From positions 23,327-87,326 of the forward strand of contig CAIWHI010000271.1 in the NCBI GenBank assembly GCA_903912435.1: a stretch of 64,000 bases of DNA, read 5' to 3'. Below the pieces are notes generated by a model, which was given only the letters and a program-made list of their open reading frames with translations, did no database searches and had not been told where the DNA came from. This document shows positions 34,427 to 43,338 of this stretch, piece by piece (position 1 is the first letter of the stretch; each line of letters opens with the position of its first letter). Made by a program: the position numbers and the translations under genes. Source of the DNA: an uncultured Bacteroidota bacterium (GTDB lineage: Bacteria; Bacteroidota; Bacteroidia; Chitinophagales; Chitinophagaceae).

Positions 34427-34785
34427 TTTAAAATCCACACAGCTTCAATCTCTAGTAAGCCAGCTCTGGAGGGATGCGGATCATGAGCAACTTTACCATC
34501 CCACATTATAACTATGTGTTTGCATCCTCTTTCTGCTGGACCTGAAGCCAAATAATAACCAACAGGCTTTGGTGGAGTTTGCCATGGTCCTGTAAGCATA
34601 ATTGGTGTCATTCCGTGATCAATCATAAACTTTTCCCATGTATCGTACCAGTCGGAACCAGGTTCCTCCTTCACAAAATGAGGAACGTCATTTCTGTCTA
34701 GTTCTAATATCGATGCTGTTACGGCACGCACGCAGTCACCAACGTCGCCTCTGTCGTAAAAAAACTCTTGTTCTACTGGAATCAT
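34423..34785 (-). CDS. papain/C39-like small protein
   Basis: GDCVRA..HIVI..HDP; TATAAATA at 34832-34839. Confidence 0.55.
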   Translation of the reverse strand: MIPVEQEFFYDRGDVGDCVRAVTASILELDRNDVPHFVKEEPGSDWYDTWEKFMIDHGMTPIMLTGPWQTPPKPVGYYLASGPAERGCKHIVIMWDGKVAHDPHPSRAGLLEIEAVWILK

Positions 34786-34846
34786 AACATAATCCTTCGT
34801 GGTCTAGTTGTTCATCATTACTTAGCAGTAATATTTATAGTGTAAC

Positions 34847-34872
34847 AAAAAAGCGGCCCATTGGGCCGCTTT
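34847..34872 (-). terminator. terminator after gene 23
   Basis: GCGGCCCAATGGGCCGC-TTTTTT. Confidence 0.85.
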
Positions 34873-34888
34873 AATGCTTAGTGTGTCA

Positions 34889-36286
34889 TTAACCCATGAG
34901 GTTGTTTACGATCACCTTGCGGTAGTAAACGTTAGTATTAACTGAAAGAGCGCCACTGCCCTTTGTTAGGCCCTGAGCAAATGGGTTTGCCACGATGCCG
35001 TAACGAGTCTTGAAGCCAATCTTTGGCTGGAATGACTGCTGGTCAACAGCGCGGACCATCTGTAGAGGAACATATGGGCAATAGAACACGCCAGCATCGA
35101 ATGCTGAAGAGCCCTTATAGCCAACAGTTAGGTAGTTACCACCAACCGCATATGGGTCGATGTAAACCTTTAGGCGACCATTAAGAACACCAGCGAAGGT
35201 GTTGCCTGTATCGTCAACCTGTAGGTTGTTTGAGTTTAGAGCTGGAGCGTAGTCAAGAACACCGGCCATCTGCAGAGCTGATGCAACGTCAGAAGAGCAG
35301 ATAACGATGTTACCCTTACCACGACGTGTCTGCTTAGCAATCTGGTTAGCTTCACGCTCTAGCTGGAACATTAGACCCTTGAACTTTTCAACTGACCAAC
35401 GACCATTTGAGTCGGTGTCAAGATCGAAGATACCTGCAGTTGTTGTGTTGTCCTGTGCACCAAGTACGGCTGTAACATTGATTTCACGAACGATTTCACG
35501 ATTGATTTCTGCAAGGATTTCGGCTGAAAGGATGTTAGCAAGTTCTGTTTCAGCGTCTAGACCATGGATAGCCTTAAGATCCTGGGCTAGTTCCATTGTG
35601 TACTCTGCCTTTAGGGCGCGAGACTGAGCTGTAACAGTTACCTTCTCAATGCTGAAAGCCATCTGAGCGAAGTCGTTGTTGCCTGAAGCTGAGCCGTTAG
35701 CAAAGTTCAGAGCGCCAAGTGCTTCAGCAGTAGCTGTTGGCATTGCAAAGCCAGTGTTATATGCTGGTGTGGTGTTTGTTGTAAGAGCTGTTGTGTTAGA
35801 GTTACCAGGAATTGTACCTGTGAAGCTCTGACCAAAAGTTGTGTTACCATTCAGAACAGAAGAGAACGCAGTGTTTACTTCGTTGTAGAATGTTTCGTTA
35901 CCAGCCTGGTTGCTGTAGCGTGAACGCATTGCGAAGATCAAGCCTGTTGGGCCTGTCATTGGCTGCGTACCGCAGATGTCATATGCAATCAGGTTAGGCA
36001 TTGCACGACGTACTAGTGAGATAAGGACTGGATCGAATGTATCGATGCCACCTGAACCAGCTGTAGAGCTTGAACCGCCCATGAAGTTGGCTGCGGCATT
36101 TTCTAGACCGGCTTCGTTAAGCATTGTCTGATACTGACCCTGAGCAGCAGCTTCACGAAGTGCCTTCTGAGTGTTTTCAAGTACAACTGCTGTTACTGAA
36201 CGGCGGTGTGCGTCCTTGATTGGTGTTAGATCTGGGTGCTCCAATACTGGGCCCCACTTCTTTTGAATTTCTTCCTGAAGATACAT
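34889..36286 (-). CDS. 23: major capsid protein gp23
   Basis: DPVLISLVRRAMPNLIAYDICG, SRALKAEYT, FQPKIGFKTRYG; TATAAATA at 36325. Confidence 0.98.
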   Translation of the reverse strand: MYLQEEIQKKWGPVLEHPDLTPIKDAHRRSVTAVVLENTQKALREAAAQGQYQTMLNEAGLENAAANFMGGSSSTAGSGGIDTFDPVLISLVRRAMPNLIAYDICGTQPMTGPTGLIFAMRSRYSNQAGNETFYNEVNTAFSSVLNGNTTFGQSFTGTIPGNSNTTALTTNTTPAYNTGFAMPTATAEALGALNFANGSASGNNDFAQMAFSIEKVTVTAQSRALKAEYTMELAQDLKAIHGLDAETELANILSAEILAEINREIVREINVTAVLGAQDNTTTAGIFDLDTDSNGRWSVEKFKGLMFQLEREANQIAKQTRRGKGNIVICSSDVASALQMAGVLDYAPALNSNNLQVDDTGNTFAGVLNGRLKVYIDPYAVGGNYLTVGYKGSSAFDAGVFYCPYVPLQMVRAVDQQSFQPKIGFKTRYGIVANPFAQGLTKGSGALSVNTNVYYRKVIVNNLMG

Positions 36287-36337
36287 TACTGTTCCCTTTC
36301 TAAAGATCTTTGGGTGTTATTTTTTATTTATAAAAAA

Positions 36338-37429
36338 TTATTTCTTGGCAGTTCTGGAGATCGCCTTAACGAATGCGGCGACTTCTGGGTTTGTTGCGAT
36401 TGTTTGAGACTCTTCGCCTTCGAAGGTTTCTTCCTCAATGTTTGATACTGATTTCTTAACAGTGTTAGCGAAGTAAGTTTCTTTGATGTAGGAAAGCTTC
36501 CTCTTATAAGCATCGACATTACCGTCGAAATCCACGCCCTCAGCTAGAGCCTCGAACTTCTCTGACTGAGTTAGAGTTAAGCCCTCTGCCATTTCGGCAA
36601 AAGCTTCGTTCTTCTCGACTTCAACTACGACCTTCTTCAATGAAACATTTTCATTGATTGATTCGTCTAGCTTATTTTCCAGTTGCTCAACCTTGGCTGC
36701 TAACTGTTCGATAACGCTGATCTTTTCTTCAGGCACGTCGATATAGTGCTCTGTGAATAGACCCTTAAGTCCGTCGATGAACTCTTCCATGATCTCGTTA
36801 CGTAGAGTAGATTCGATAGCAACCTGGTTGTCTTCCATCCACTTTTCGACTACGTAGTCAAGGTAGCTATCAACCTGCTTTTCCAAAGTTTCAGCGATCT
36901 GCTGAACTTCTTCTTCTATGCGAGTCTGATATTCTTCTTCAATGCGAGCTACTTCCATTAAAGCGCGAGCTGTTACAGCTGCTTCAAAAATGGTAGTTGC
37001 TTTTTCTTTGAATTCTTCTGAAAGGTCCTGACCTTCAAACATTTCCTGCACATCTTCCTTAACAGAAAGAATCTTTGCAAGTGGGTTATTTTTGTCATAT
37101 AGGTGTACCATTGGGTCATTAGGAGCTGCGCCACCCTTTCCAACGGCACCAGATGCCTTCATGTTTAGTGAAGCTTTATTGCCCTTTTCATTTGCTGCAC
37201 CTGGTAGTGATGCTACTTCCTTGCCAACAAGGTTCATTGCATCATGGAACCACTTTTCCAGATCGGTCTTACGCATTGCATGCATAGCGCCGATTGTGTG
37301 CTGGATGTATTCGATCTTTGACTTCGGATCGTCTTTCACTGCGCGTGAACCCGGATGTAAAGTAGCCATAGCTACTGAATCTTCTTCCAGATTCTCTACC
37401 GGTGTTTCGTCAATTTGTTTTTTTGACAT
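36338..37429 (-). CDS. 22: prohead core scaffold gp22
   Basis: LSEEFKEKATTIFEAAV..VDSYLDYVVEKW; TATAAATA at 37460. Confidence 0.93.
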   Translation of the reverse strand: MSKKQIDETPVENLEEDSVAMATLHPGSRAVKDDPKSKIEYIQHTIGAMHAMRKTDLEKWFHDAMNLVGKEVASLPGAANEKGNKASLNMKASGAVGKGGAAPNDPMVHLYDKNNPLAKILSVKEDVQEMFEGQDLSEEFKEKATTIFEAAVTARALMEVARIEEEYQTRIEEEVQQIAETLEKQVDSYLDYVVEKWMEDNQVAIESTLRNEIMEEFIDGLKGLFTEHYIDVPEEKISVIEQLAAKVEQLENKLDESINENVSLKKVVVEVEKNEAFAEMAEGLTLTQSEKFEALAEGVDFDGNVDAYKRKLSYIKETYFANTVKKSVSNIEEETFEGEESQTIATNPEVAAFVKAISRTAKK

Positions 37430-37462
37430 CTATAAGGTCTCCCTATTCGTATTTGAAATTAT

Positions 37463-38143
37463 TTATAAAACTCTTGTCTTCGACGCGAGAGACCTTAAAT
37501 AGCCCTCGAATATACCGAATTTGCTCTGTTCGATCTCATCCATTGTCATTTTCTTAATGGCCTTCTTCATCTCGTGAAGTTTTTCTTCTTGCCATAAGCC
37601 CTTGACCGGATCATATACCCACTCAACGTTCTCCATGATACCCTTTACGAAGGCATCAGGAGCAGATGGATCTGCAACAATATCAGCTGCAGTAGCCAGA
37701 TGGAAGTCATCTTGAACTTCCATGATACCTTGCTTATTTGGCTTAAGTGATCCCATACCACGTGACGATACACCGAGATTTGAACCTGATTTTAAAAGAC
37801 CTATAGCAATATATCCCATTGGAGTAGCAGTAAGTTTTGCTTTACCAATAAAATTATTGCCGTCTTGTTTCAATTGGATGATCAGATGTGATACGCGATC
37901 AAGATTAATTTGTGGACCGGCTGGATGACCAAGTTCGCCATAACCGCGCTTTGTATTAACATGATCTTCTATGTAACGATTTACAGCAGCTTCCATTACT
38001 GGAAGTCTGTAGATACGACCGTTACGATTTGGAACTTCAGCTTGTAAAAAGATGCCATGAATATAATGATCCTTATCGCCATTTTCTCTGGCTTCGGTGA
38101 TATATTCTACGTCTTCGAATTTTGCTTCTGTAATCAGTTTCAT
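37463..38143 (-). CDS. 21: prohead protease gp21
   Basis: NRNGRIY, GELGHP, GVSSRGMGS, DIVADPSAPDA. Confidence 0.96.
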   Translation of the reverse strand: MKLITEAKFEDVEYITEARENGDKDHYIHGIFLQAEVPNRNGRIYRLPVMEAAVNRYIEDHVNTKRGYGELGHPAGPQINLDRVSHLIIQLKQDGNNFIGKAKLTATPMGYIAIGLLKSGSNLGVSSRGMGSLKPNKQGIMEVQDDFHLATAADIVADPSAPDAFVKGIMENVEWVYDPVKGLWQEEKLHEMKKAIKKMTMDEIEQSKFGIFEGYLRSLASKTRVL

Positions 38144-38153
38144 CTTAGTTACC

Positions 38154-38384
38154 TTATGGTGTTGATTGTGCTACCCATGCACCGCCAAAATACCAATAAA
38201 TTCTTGCACCAGCGGAACCAGTAGTATTGATATATAACGATCCTGTAACTGGTGTGCCTAATGGACTTGAAGAAACACCGGTTACGTGGTTTGTTGCGGG
38301 TGTCCCTGATCCAACTGCCATAGAAGCACTGGAAGAGCCAATTAACGAAGCAGCGCCGGTTGATACTGATGCTTTAACTGTCAT
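38154..38384 (-). CDS. hypothetical small virion protein
   Basis: GSLYINTT motif, GGAG RBS. Confidence 0.6.
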   Translation of the reverse strand: MTVKASVSTGAASLIGSSSASMAVGSGTPATNHVTGVSSSPLGTPVTGSLYINTTGSAGARIYWYFGGAWVAQSTP

Positions 38385-38385
38385 G

Positions 38386-38745
38386 TTAAACTCCAATACC
38401 CGGAGTTACATAAACTTGCGACGTTCCAGAAGCAGTTATGGCAGTGAAATATGAATTAGCTGGGAACGAAATAATTTCCAGAGTTCCAGGTAATACAGGA
38501 ACGCTATTGGCTGTTGTTGTTACTACTACAGCGTTGGTATTTGCGTTTAGAGTATTTGAGCCAACACCAACGAAAACTAAAACTGATCCTGAATTGAAAA
38601 TTCTATATTGACAAAAACTTAGATCATTAGCGCCTGTCTGAACTGCCTGGACGGCTGTTGGTGCTTGTGTGTTTGCAAGGAATGTTACAGTGTTGCCCAG
38701 AGGAACAAATGCCCCAGAAGTTATAGGTGTATAGATTCTTGACAT
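38386..38745 (-). CDS. hypothetical virion protein
   Basis: Beta-rich ORF in head cluster. Confidence 0.65.
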   Translation of the reverse strand: MSRIYTPITSGAFVPLGNTVTFLANTQAPTAVQAVQTGANDLSFCQYRIFNSGSVLVFVGVGSNTLNANTNAVVVTTTANSVPVLPGTLEIISFPANSYFTAITASGTSQVYVTPGIGV

Positions 38746-39821
38746 TAGATTCTCCCGTCACCAAATTGACTTGATGGCGCACCGAAACTATTTGGTGCCA
38801 TAGTCACACTCGAAATTCCACCATCAGAGGGTGCTGCTTGTTCGTCTTCTTCTTTGCCATGATCACCATAAACCATATAGTCATGGACGCTGTTGATCAT
38901 TTCTTTAGACTGAGCAATCTTTGCCTGGACCCATGGTTCAACATGAAGATTTTGTGGCATAGCCATCAAAATATGAAGAGCCTTATTTGCTAGAGCCTTA
39001 AGCTCTGCCTTTACCATTTCGATCTCTTCTTGAGTGTCATCGGAGCGTCCTTTTGGAAGGTCGGACACATCACCACCAAGAAAAGGCATAGCTAGATCTT
39101 CATTGCGCTGCTTAGCATAATAAGCCGCTAAAGCCATTTCTTTGCGCTTTTCTTTAGACTTACCGGCAAACTTTGGATTTGTTGACTGTTGGAAGTCCTT
39201 AATGATTTCACCAACGGAAGTTTTTTTAGTTAGAACTTCATCGAGCTCGACTTCTTCGACTTCTTCCTTGGCCATGCGAGCCAGTTTATCAGATGCTCTA
39301 TTTACACCTAAGAAACGATTGCTAAGCTTCTTATGCTCGGCTTCCTTTGACTTAGAAGAACTAAATGGATTTGCCGACTTCAGGCCTAGGCTCATTGCCC
39401 TGCCGGCAATGTCACCAGTAGCCTTTTTTGTATAGCTCGAAAGAGTACTTGGACCAAGTTCATTAATCTTCTTAGCAGACATGCATTCGGTCATACCATG
39501 AACAGGGCAACTAGTTCCCTTTGGGGTATTATTGCACTTAGCTTCTTCTGCTTCCTTAGCTTCATAAACCTTTTCGTCTTCGCCCTTATCATGACCCTTA
39601 TTAGTCTTCTTATTTGAGACTTTCTTCACGTTTGTGGCTTGATAGACATCATCTCCATTACCCACACGATCTTCATGCTTCTCAACAGAATGCTTAGCAA
39701 CCCAGTCCTGTTCGGCTGGAGCCTTTGGTTCGTAGTCTACGCGCGGACGATCACCAAGTTTTTCGGGTGCTACCTTAGACTTCTTTACGCCATTTAATAT
39801 ATCTTTAAGCTGCTTCGGCAT
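38745..39821 (-). CDS. putative prohead core or internal protein
   Basis: Charged protein with repeated (I/L/V)xE gp21-type cleavage motifs. Confidence 0.65.
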   Translation of the reverse strand: MPKQLKDILNGVKKSKVAPEKLGDRPRVDYEPKAPAEQDWVAKHSVEKHEDRVGNGDDVYQATNVKKVSNKKTNKGHDKGEDEKVYEAKEAEEAKCNNTPKGTSCPVHGMTECMSAKKINELGPSTLSSYTKKATGDIAGRAMSLGLKSANPFSSSKSKEAEHKKLSNRFLGVNRASDKLARMAKEEVEEVELDEVLTKKTSVGEIIKDFQQSTNPKFAGKSKEKRKEMALAAYYAKQRNEDLAMPFLGGDVSDLPKGRSDDTQEEIEMVKAELKALANKALHILMAMPQNLHVEPWVQAKIAQSKEMINSVHDYMVYGDHGKEEDEQAAPSDGGISSVTMAPNSFGAPSSQFGDGRI

Positions 39822-40023
39822 CGTTGTCTTCCTCTGTATCTTCGATTTCTTGTTCTGAACCATGCCCACTGAACATATGCTGTGCAACTTCGATCTTCTT
39901 TTGATCAATAGCATAAGCGAGTCTATCTCCAATTAGCGTCTGAAAAGTCTGCTCAAAATCGATAGGCTTTTGCTGAGAACTAAAGTTGAGTAGATCTGCT
40001 ACGCGGTATTCTATGTCTGTCAT
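39805..40023 (-). CDS. gp67-like prohead core protein
   Basis: Position after gene 20, KKIEVAQHMF, acidic tail. Confidence 0.65.
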   Translation of the reverse strand: MTDIEYRVADLLNFSSQQKPIDFEQTFQTLIGDRLAYAIDQKKIEVAQHMFSGHGSEQEIEDTEEDNDAEAA

Positions 40024-40035
40024 CTCGAATGATCC

Positions 40036-42612
40036 TTAATTATTTTTTGCTACTATTTGTATAGCCGATCTATATTTAGCTTCGTCCTGCATTGAACGAT
40101 TTTTCTTCTTACCTAACATCTTAATAGTGACTTTCGCTTCTCTAATCTTACTATTTTTATCATCTGTAGCAGGAGTAGAATCGGTATCTTCATCAGAAGC
40201 CAATGGTTGCACCTCTGGATCTCCTCCAATATCGGATCCTGGAGGATTTTCACCATCTTCATTTGGCATTAAACTTGTCGCCCATCTTGGATCAGTTGCT
40301 TCTTCATCTATCTGTTCATCCATCTTTTCAATCATATCTTCATCTTGATGGAGGATATTCTTTCTTGCCCATTCCTGAGAATAGTACTTACCAATCATAC
40401 CACCATTCATTAGTAACTGCATCAAGTTGATACGGTTCTCGACGATCTCCGTATCTTTTAGTTCTGTGAAGTAATTATCTTTGGCAAAATCATACTTAAC
40501 ATCTGGTGAGATATTTTGCCAATCTTCTATCGACATGATACCTTTAAGAACCAACTGCTTTTCAAGGATGCTAGTGAATAACGCTGCAAAGCGACCACGC
40601 AGTCTTGAAATGAAGCGAGCAAACTTAAGCTCATCTCTTGTTACTTCTGTAGCACGGCCAAGAGAAAATAGAGCATCTGAATTTAAGCGATTGACCGGAA
40701 CATTCAAAGTCTGATATAGCTTTTTCTGGAAGTATAGGACGTCATCCATCTCGCCTAGAGTTTGACCACCGGGAAGAGTAGTTACTTCCGTACCACGGCC
40801 ACCCTCACGACGAGGGAGCCAATAGTCTTCAAGCATGGTATTTTTGGTATATACGCCTGCATCTAAAAGATATGTGTGATGGCTGTGATATGTTTCATCC
40901 AAATCAACAGTAATACACCCAACATCAATTTTATCATTCATGTATTCTACGGATATAGCTTTATGGTTGCGTAATTTTTCCGCAAAATATTTCTTTGAAC
41001 CATATTTGCCTTTAATATTGTTTCTATTCAATCCAATATTACGACAATATTCACTGAGGTTTTCAATAACAAGTTGATTTCCAGTAGGAGCGGTGATTTT
41101 CCAGGTTTTTACAATTGGAACGCGTAATTTTGCTTTAGCACTTAGTTTTGCTTTCCATTGTGGAGTAAAATCTTCTGATTTGTTTGGTTTAAAATTATGT
41201 CTGGCTTGTTCTGCGTGGTATTTTAAATGATCATCACTATACAGCATTTCCTCTTTTAGATTATTTTCATTTTTCCAGCGAGAAACTTCTCTGTGGGTGA
41301 ATTCCCAGGATTTAGTGTCATTTTTGAATATTTGTTCATATTCTTCTCCACCATCATATATAGAAGCTTTTCTTCTATAACCAGGAATAATGGATTCCCC
41401 AATTAAATCTTTTGCTTCAATAAAACCTTTACCCCAAACAGGAAATTTATGATCTGGTGTGCAAATTACACTTTCCCCATTATCAAAAGTTACTTTAACA
41501 ACTTCCGAATTCTTTTTTGTAATACCTGCCCACGAAACAGGACCAGGAACAAACTTACCAGTTACTGGATCACAAGAATATACCCAATTTTGTTTACCAT
41601 TTTTATATTCGTCTATAAGAATTTCTAGTGTGACGGTTCTGCCATCCAATAACGGAATTTTAGTGTCTAATGAATAACACATAAACTTACGATCATCACG
41701 AACTTCGCCGGTAGCACCGTCATAGATAAGGCGATTCTTGTGCTTAACCATAATATCGCGGACGTATTGTTCTGCCTTCATTTTTGGCAAGTTACCAACG
41801 TCGATATACCAAATTCTTCTTTCTGGAGCGCGAGCTAGTCTATAGATGACCAATGCGTCTTCCAAAGTTCTAAGCTGATTGATGGCTTTGATGGCTTTAT
41901 GCAGGTACGATAGGACCATGGTCCCGTTTGTGTCTGTGAGCCCGGAGGTGATGTGTACGATAGAGTCCTTAGCTATCTTAAGTCCGGTAGTGGAAGGGCC
42001 CACGGTCTTATTACCGTAGTTAAAACCTTTCTCATTGAAGATGTAGTATTCATTCTGAATCTTTGGAACAATGGCTTCACCGCCATCACCACCAGCTACT
42101 TTCTTCTTTGTTACTTCTCGTACTTTACGAATTTTTCTAGGATCTACATAGCGTAGTTCTTTGACGCCGGCCTTTAGGTCTTTTTCATCGATGACTACAT
42201 GATAATATAGGCGACCATCTATGTACCAGCGACGATAGATCTCATAAGCCCTATTTTGAAAATTCAGGATGTTGAGAACGTTTTTGAACTCGTCTCTAAT
42301 TGCTTTCTTGATTTTGTCTGTGATATCTAAGTTGTCTAAAACGATGTTGACGATATCATCTTCATCGATGGACATTGTTTCATTGACAATTTCATCGACC
42401 GCTGCATCGATCTCTGGTTGCAAAGCCATTTCACGATACTTGGTAACCAATTCAGCCTCGGTTCTTACTGTTCCATCTAGATCAACGTAAGTACCATAAG
42501 CACCTCCGGCGGCTACGACGACGGCGCCATCATCCATCTCTTTTGGAGCGAACGATGGCGCCATCTGATCTTGTTCAATAGCTCTTTTAAATTCAAAGCC
42601 GAATAAACGCAT
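40036..42612 (-). CDS. 20: portal protein gp20 with intein
   Basis: WYIDGRLYYH, RAPERRIWYIDVGNLPK, MLEDYWLPRREGGRGTE. Confidence 0.96.
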   Translation of the reverse strand: MRLFGFEFKRAIEQDQMAPSFAPKEMDDGAVVVAAGGAYGTYVDLDGTVRTEAELVTKYREMALQPEIDAAVDEIVNETMSIDEDDIVNIVLDNLDITDKIKKAIRDEFKNVLNILNFQNRAYEIYRRWYIDGRLYYHVVIDEKDLKAGVKELRYVDPRKIRKVREVTKKKVAGGDGGEAIVPKIQNEYYIFNEKGFNYGNKTVGPSTTGLKIAKDSIVHITSGLTDTNGTMVLSYLHKAIKAINQLRTLEDALVIYRLARAPERRIWYIDVGNLPKMKAEQYVRDIMVKHKNRLIYDGATGEVRDDRKFMCYSLDTKIPLLDGRTVTLEILIDEYKNGKQNWVYSCDPVTGKFVPGPVSWAGITKKNSEVVKVTFDNGESVICTPDHKFPVWGKGFIEAKDLIGESIIPGYRRKASIYDGGEEYEQIFKNDTKSWEFTHREVSRWKNENNLKEEMLYSDDHLKYHAEQARHNFKPNKSEDFTPQWKAKLSAKAKLRVPIVKTWKITAPTGNQLVIENLSEYCRNIGLNRNNIKGKYGSKKYFAEKLRNHKAISVEYMNDKIDVGCITVDLDETYHSHHTYLLDAGVYTKNTMLEDYWLPRREGGRGTEVTTLPGGQTLGEMDDVLYFQKKLYQTLNVPVNRLNSDALFSLGRATEVTRDELKFARFISRLRGRFAALFTSILEKQLVLKGIMSIEDWQNISPDVKYDFAKDNYFTELKDTEIVENRINLMQLLMNGGMIGKYYSQEWARKNILHQDEDMIEKMDEQIDEEATDPRWATSLMPNEDGENPPGSDIGGDPEVQPLASDEDTDSTPATDDKNSKIREAKVTIKMLGKKKNRSMQDEAKYRSAIQIVAKNN
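40840..41679 (-). mobile_element. 280-aa intein in gp20
   Basis: KFM|CYSLDTKI..CTPDHKF..YTKN|TMLEDY. Confidence 0.92.
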
Positions 42613-42653
42613 TTAATTATTCCAAAATGGAGAGCGAACTCTCTTCAATAATA

Positions 42654-43310
42654 TTAGTATACTGTGGTAGCAGCACCAGCTCCGCCAGCAGCGCCGGTGT
42701 CGATAGTCGAAGTGCCGTTAACGAGTGGGAGCCAGTAGTCATAAGCAAATGTTACGCCAAATGTCTGGATCTGATTTGTAGAATCCCATGACATGTTCAT
42801 AGCATCTAGATCGATAGGGAATAGACCTACGAACTGATACTGCTTAATGATGGAATCCGCACCAGTAGATGCATTTGATCCGGCTGCACCATTTGGTCCA
42901 CCCTTAGCAAAGTGAGTAATAGTAGCATCTGCCTTGTAACTAAGACCAGGTGATGTCTGGTTATCACCGATTAGACGCTTATTACCTACGTGTGAGTTTA
43001 GACCATTCATCCATGATTCGAAAGAATTACGAACGACATAGTCTTCGTCATTCATTACTGTTACTGTCCAGTTAGCAAAGGTCCTGTCACCAGCTACCTT
43101 GATCTGACGACCAAAATAACCAACATTGATAGGATCTATTGTTGAAGCTGGAATAGTAGCAGCGCTGCAGGTAAATGCGAACTTAGGCTGGAACAAATTT
43201 GTTCCTGGGTTGATAGCAGTTGGTAGGTTCATGGTAACCTGGAAGAGCGTTGGACGCGCTCCTCCAAGTGTTAGACCTCTTGTCTTAAAGTCGTTTACGT
43301 TGAAAGCCAT
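42654..43310 (-). CDS. 19: tail tube gp19
   Basis: GGARPTLFQV, GRQIKVAGDRTFANW, FAYDYW. Confidence 0.95.
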   Translation of the reverse strand: MAFNVNDFKTRGLTLGGARPTLFQVTMNLPTAINPGTNLFQPKFAFTCSAATIPASTIDPINVGYFGRQIKVAGDRTFANWTVTVMNDEDYVVRNSFESWMNGLNSHVGNKRLIGDNQTSPGLSYKADATITHFAKGGPNGAAGSNASTGADSIIKQYQFVGLFPIDLDAMNMSWDSTNQIQTFGVTFAYDYWLPLVNGTSTIDTGAAGGAGAATTVY

Positions 43311-43338
43311 TTATTAAAACTCCCGTTTTATCTATTTA

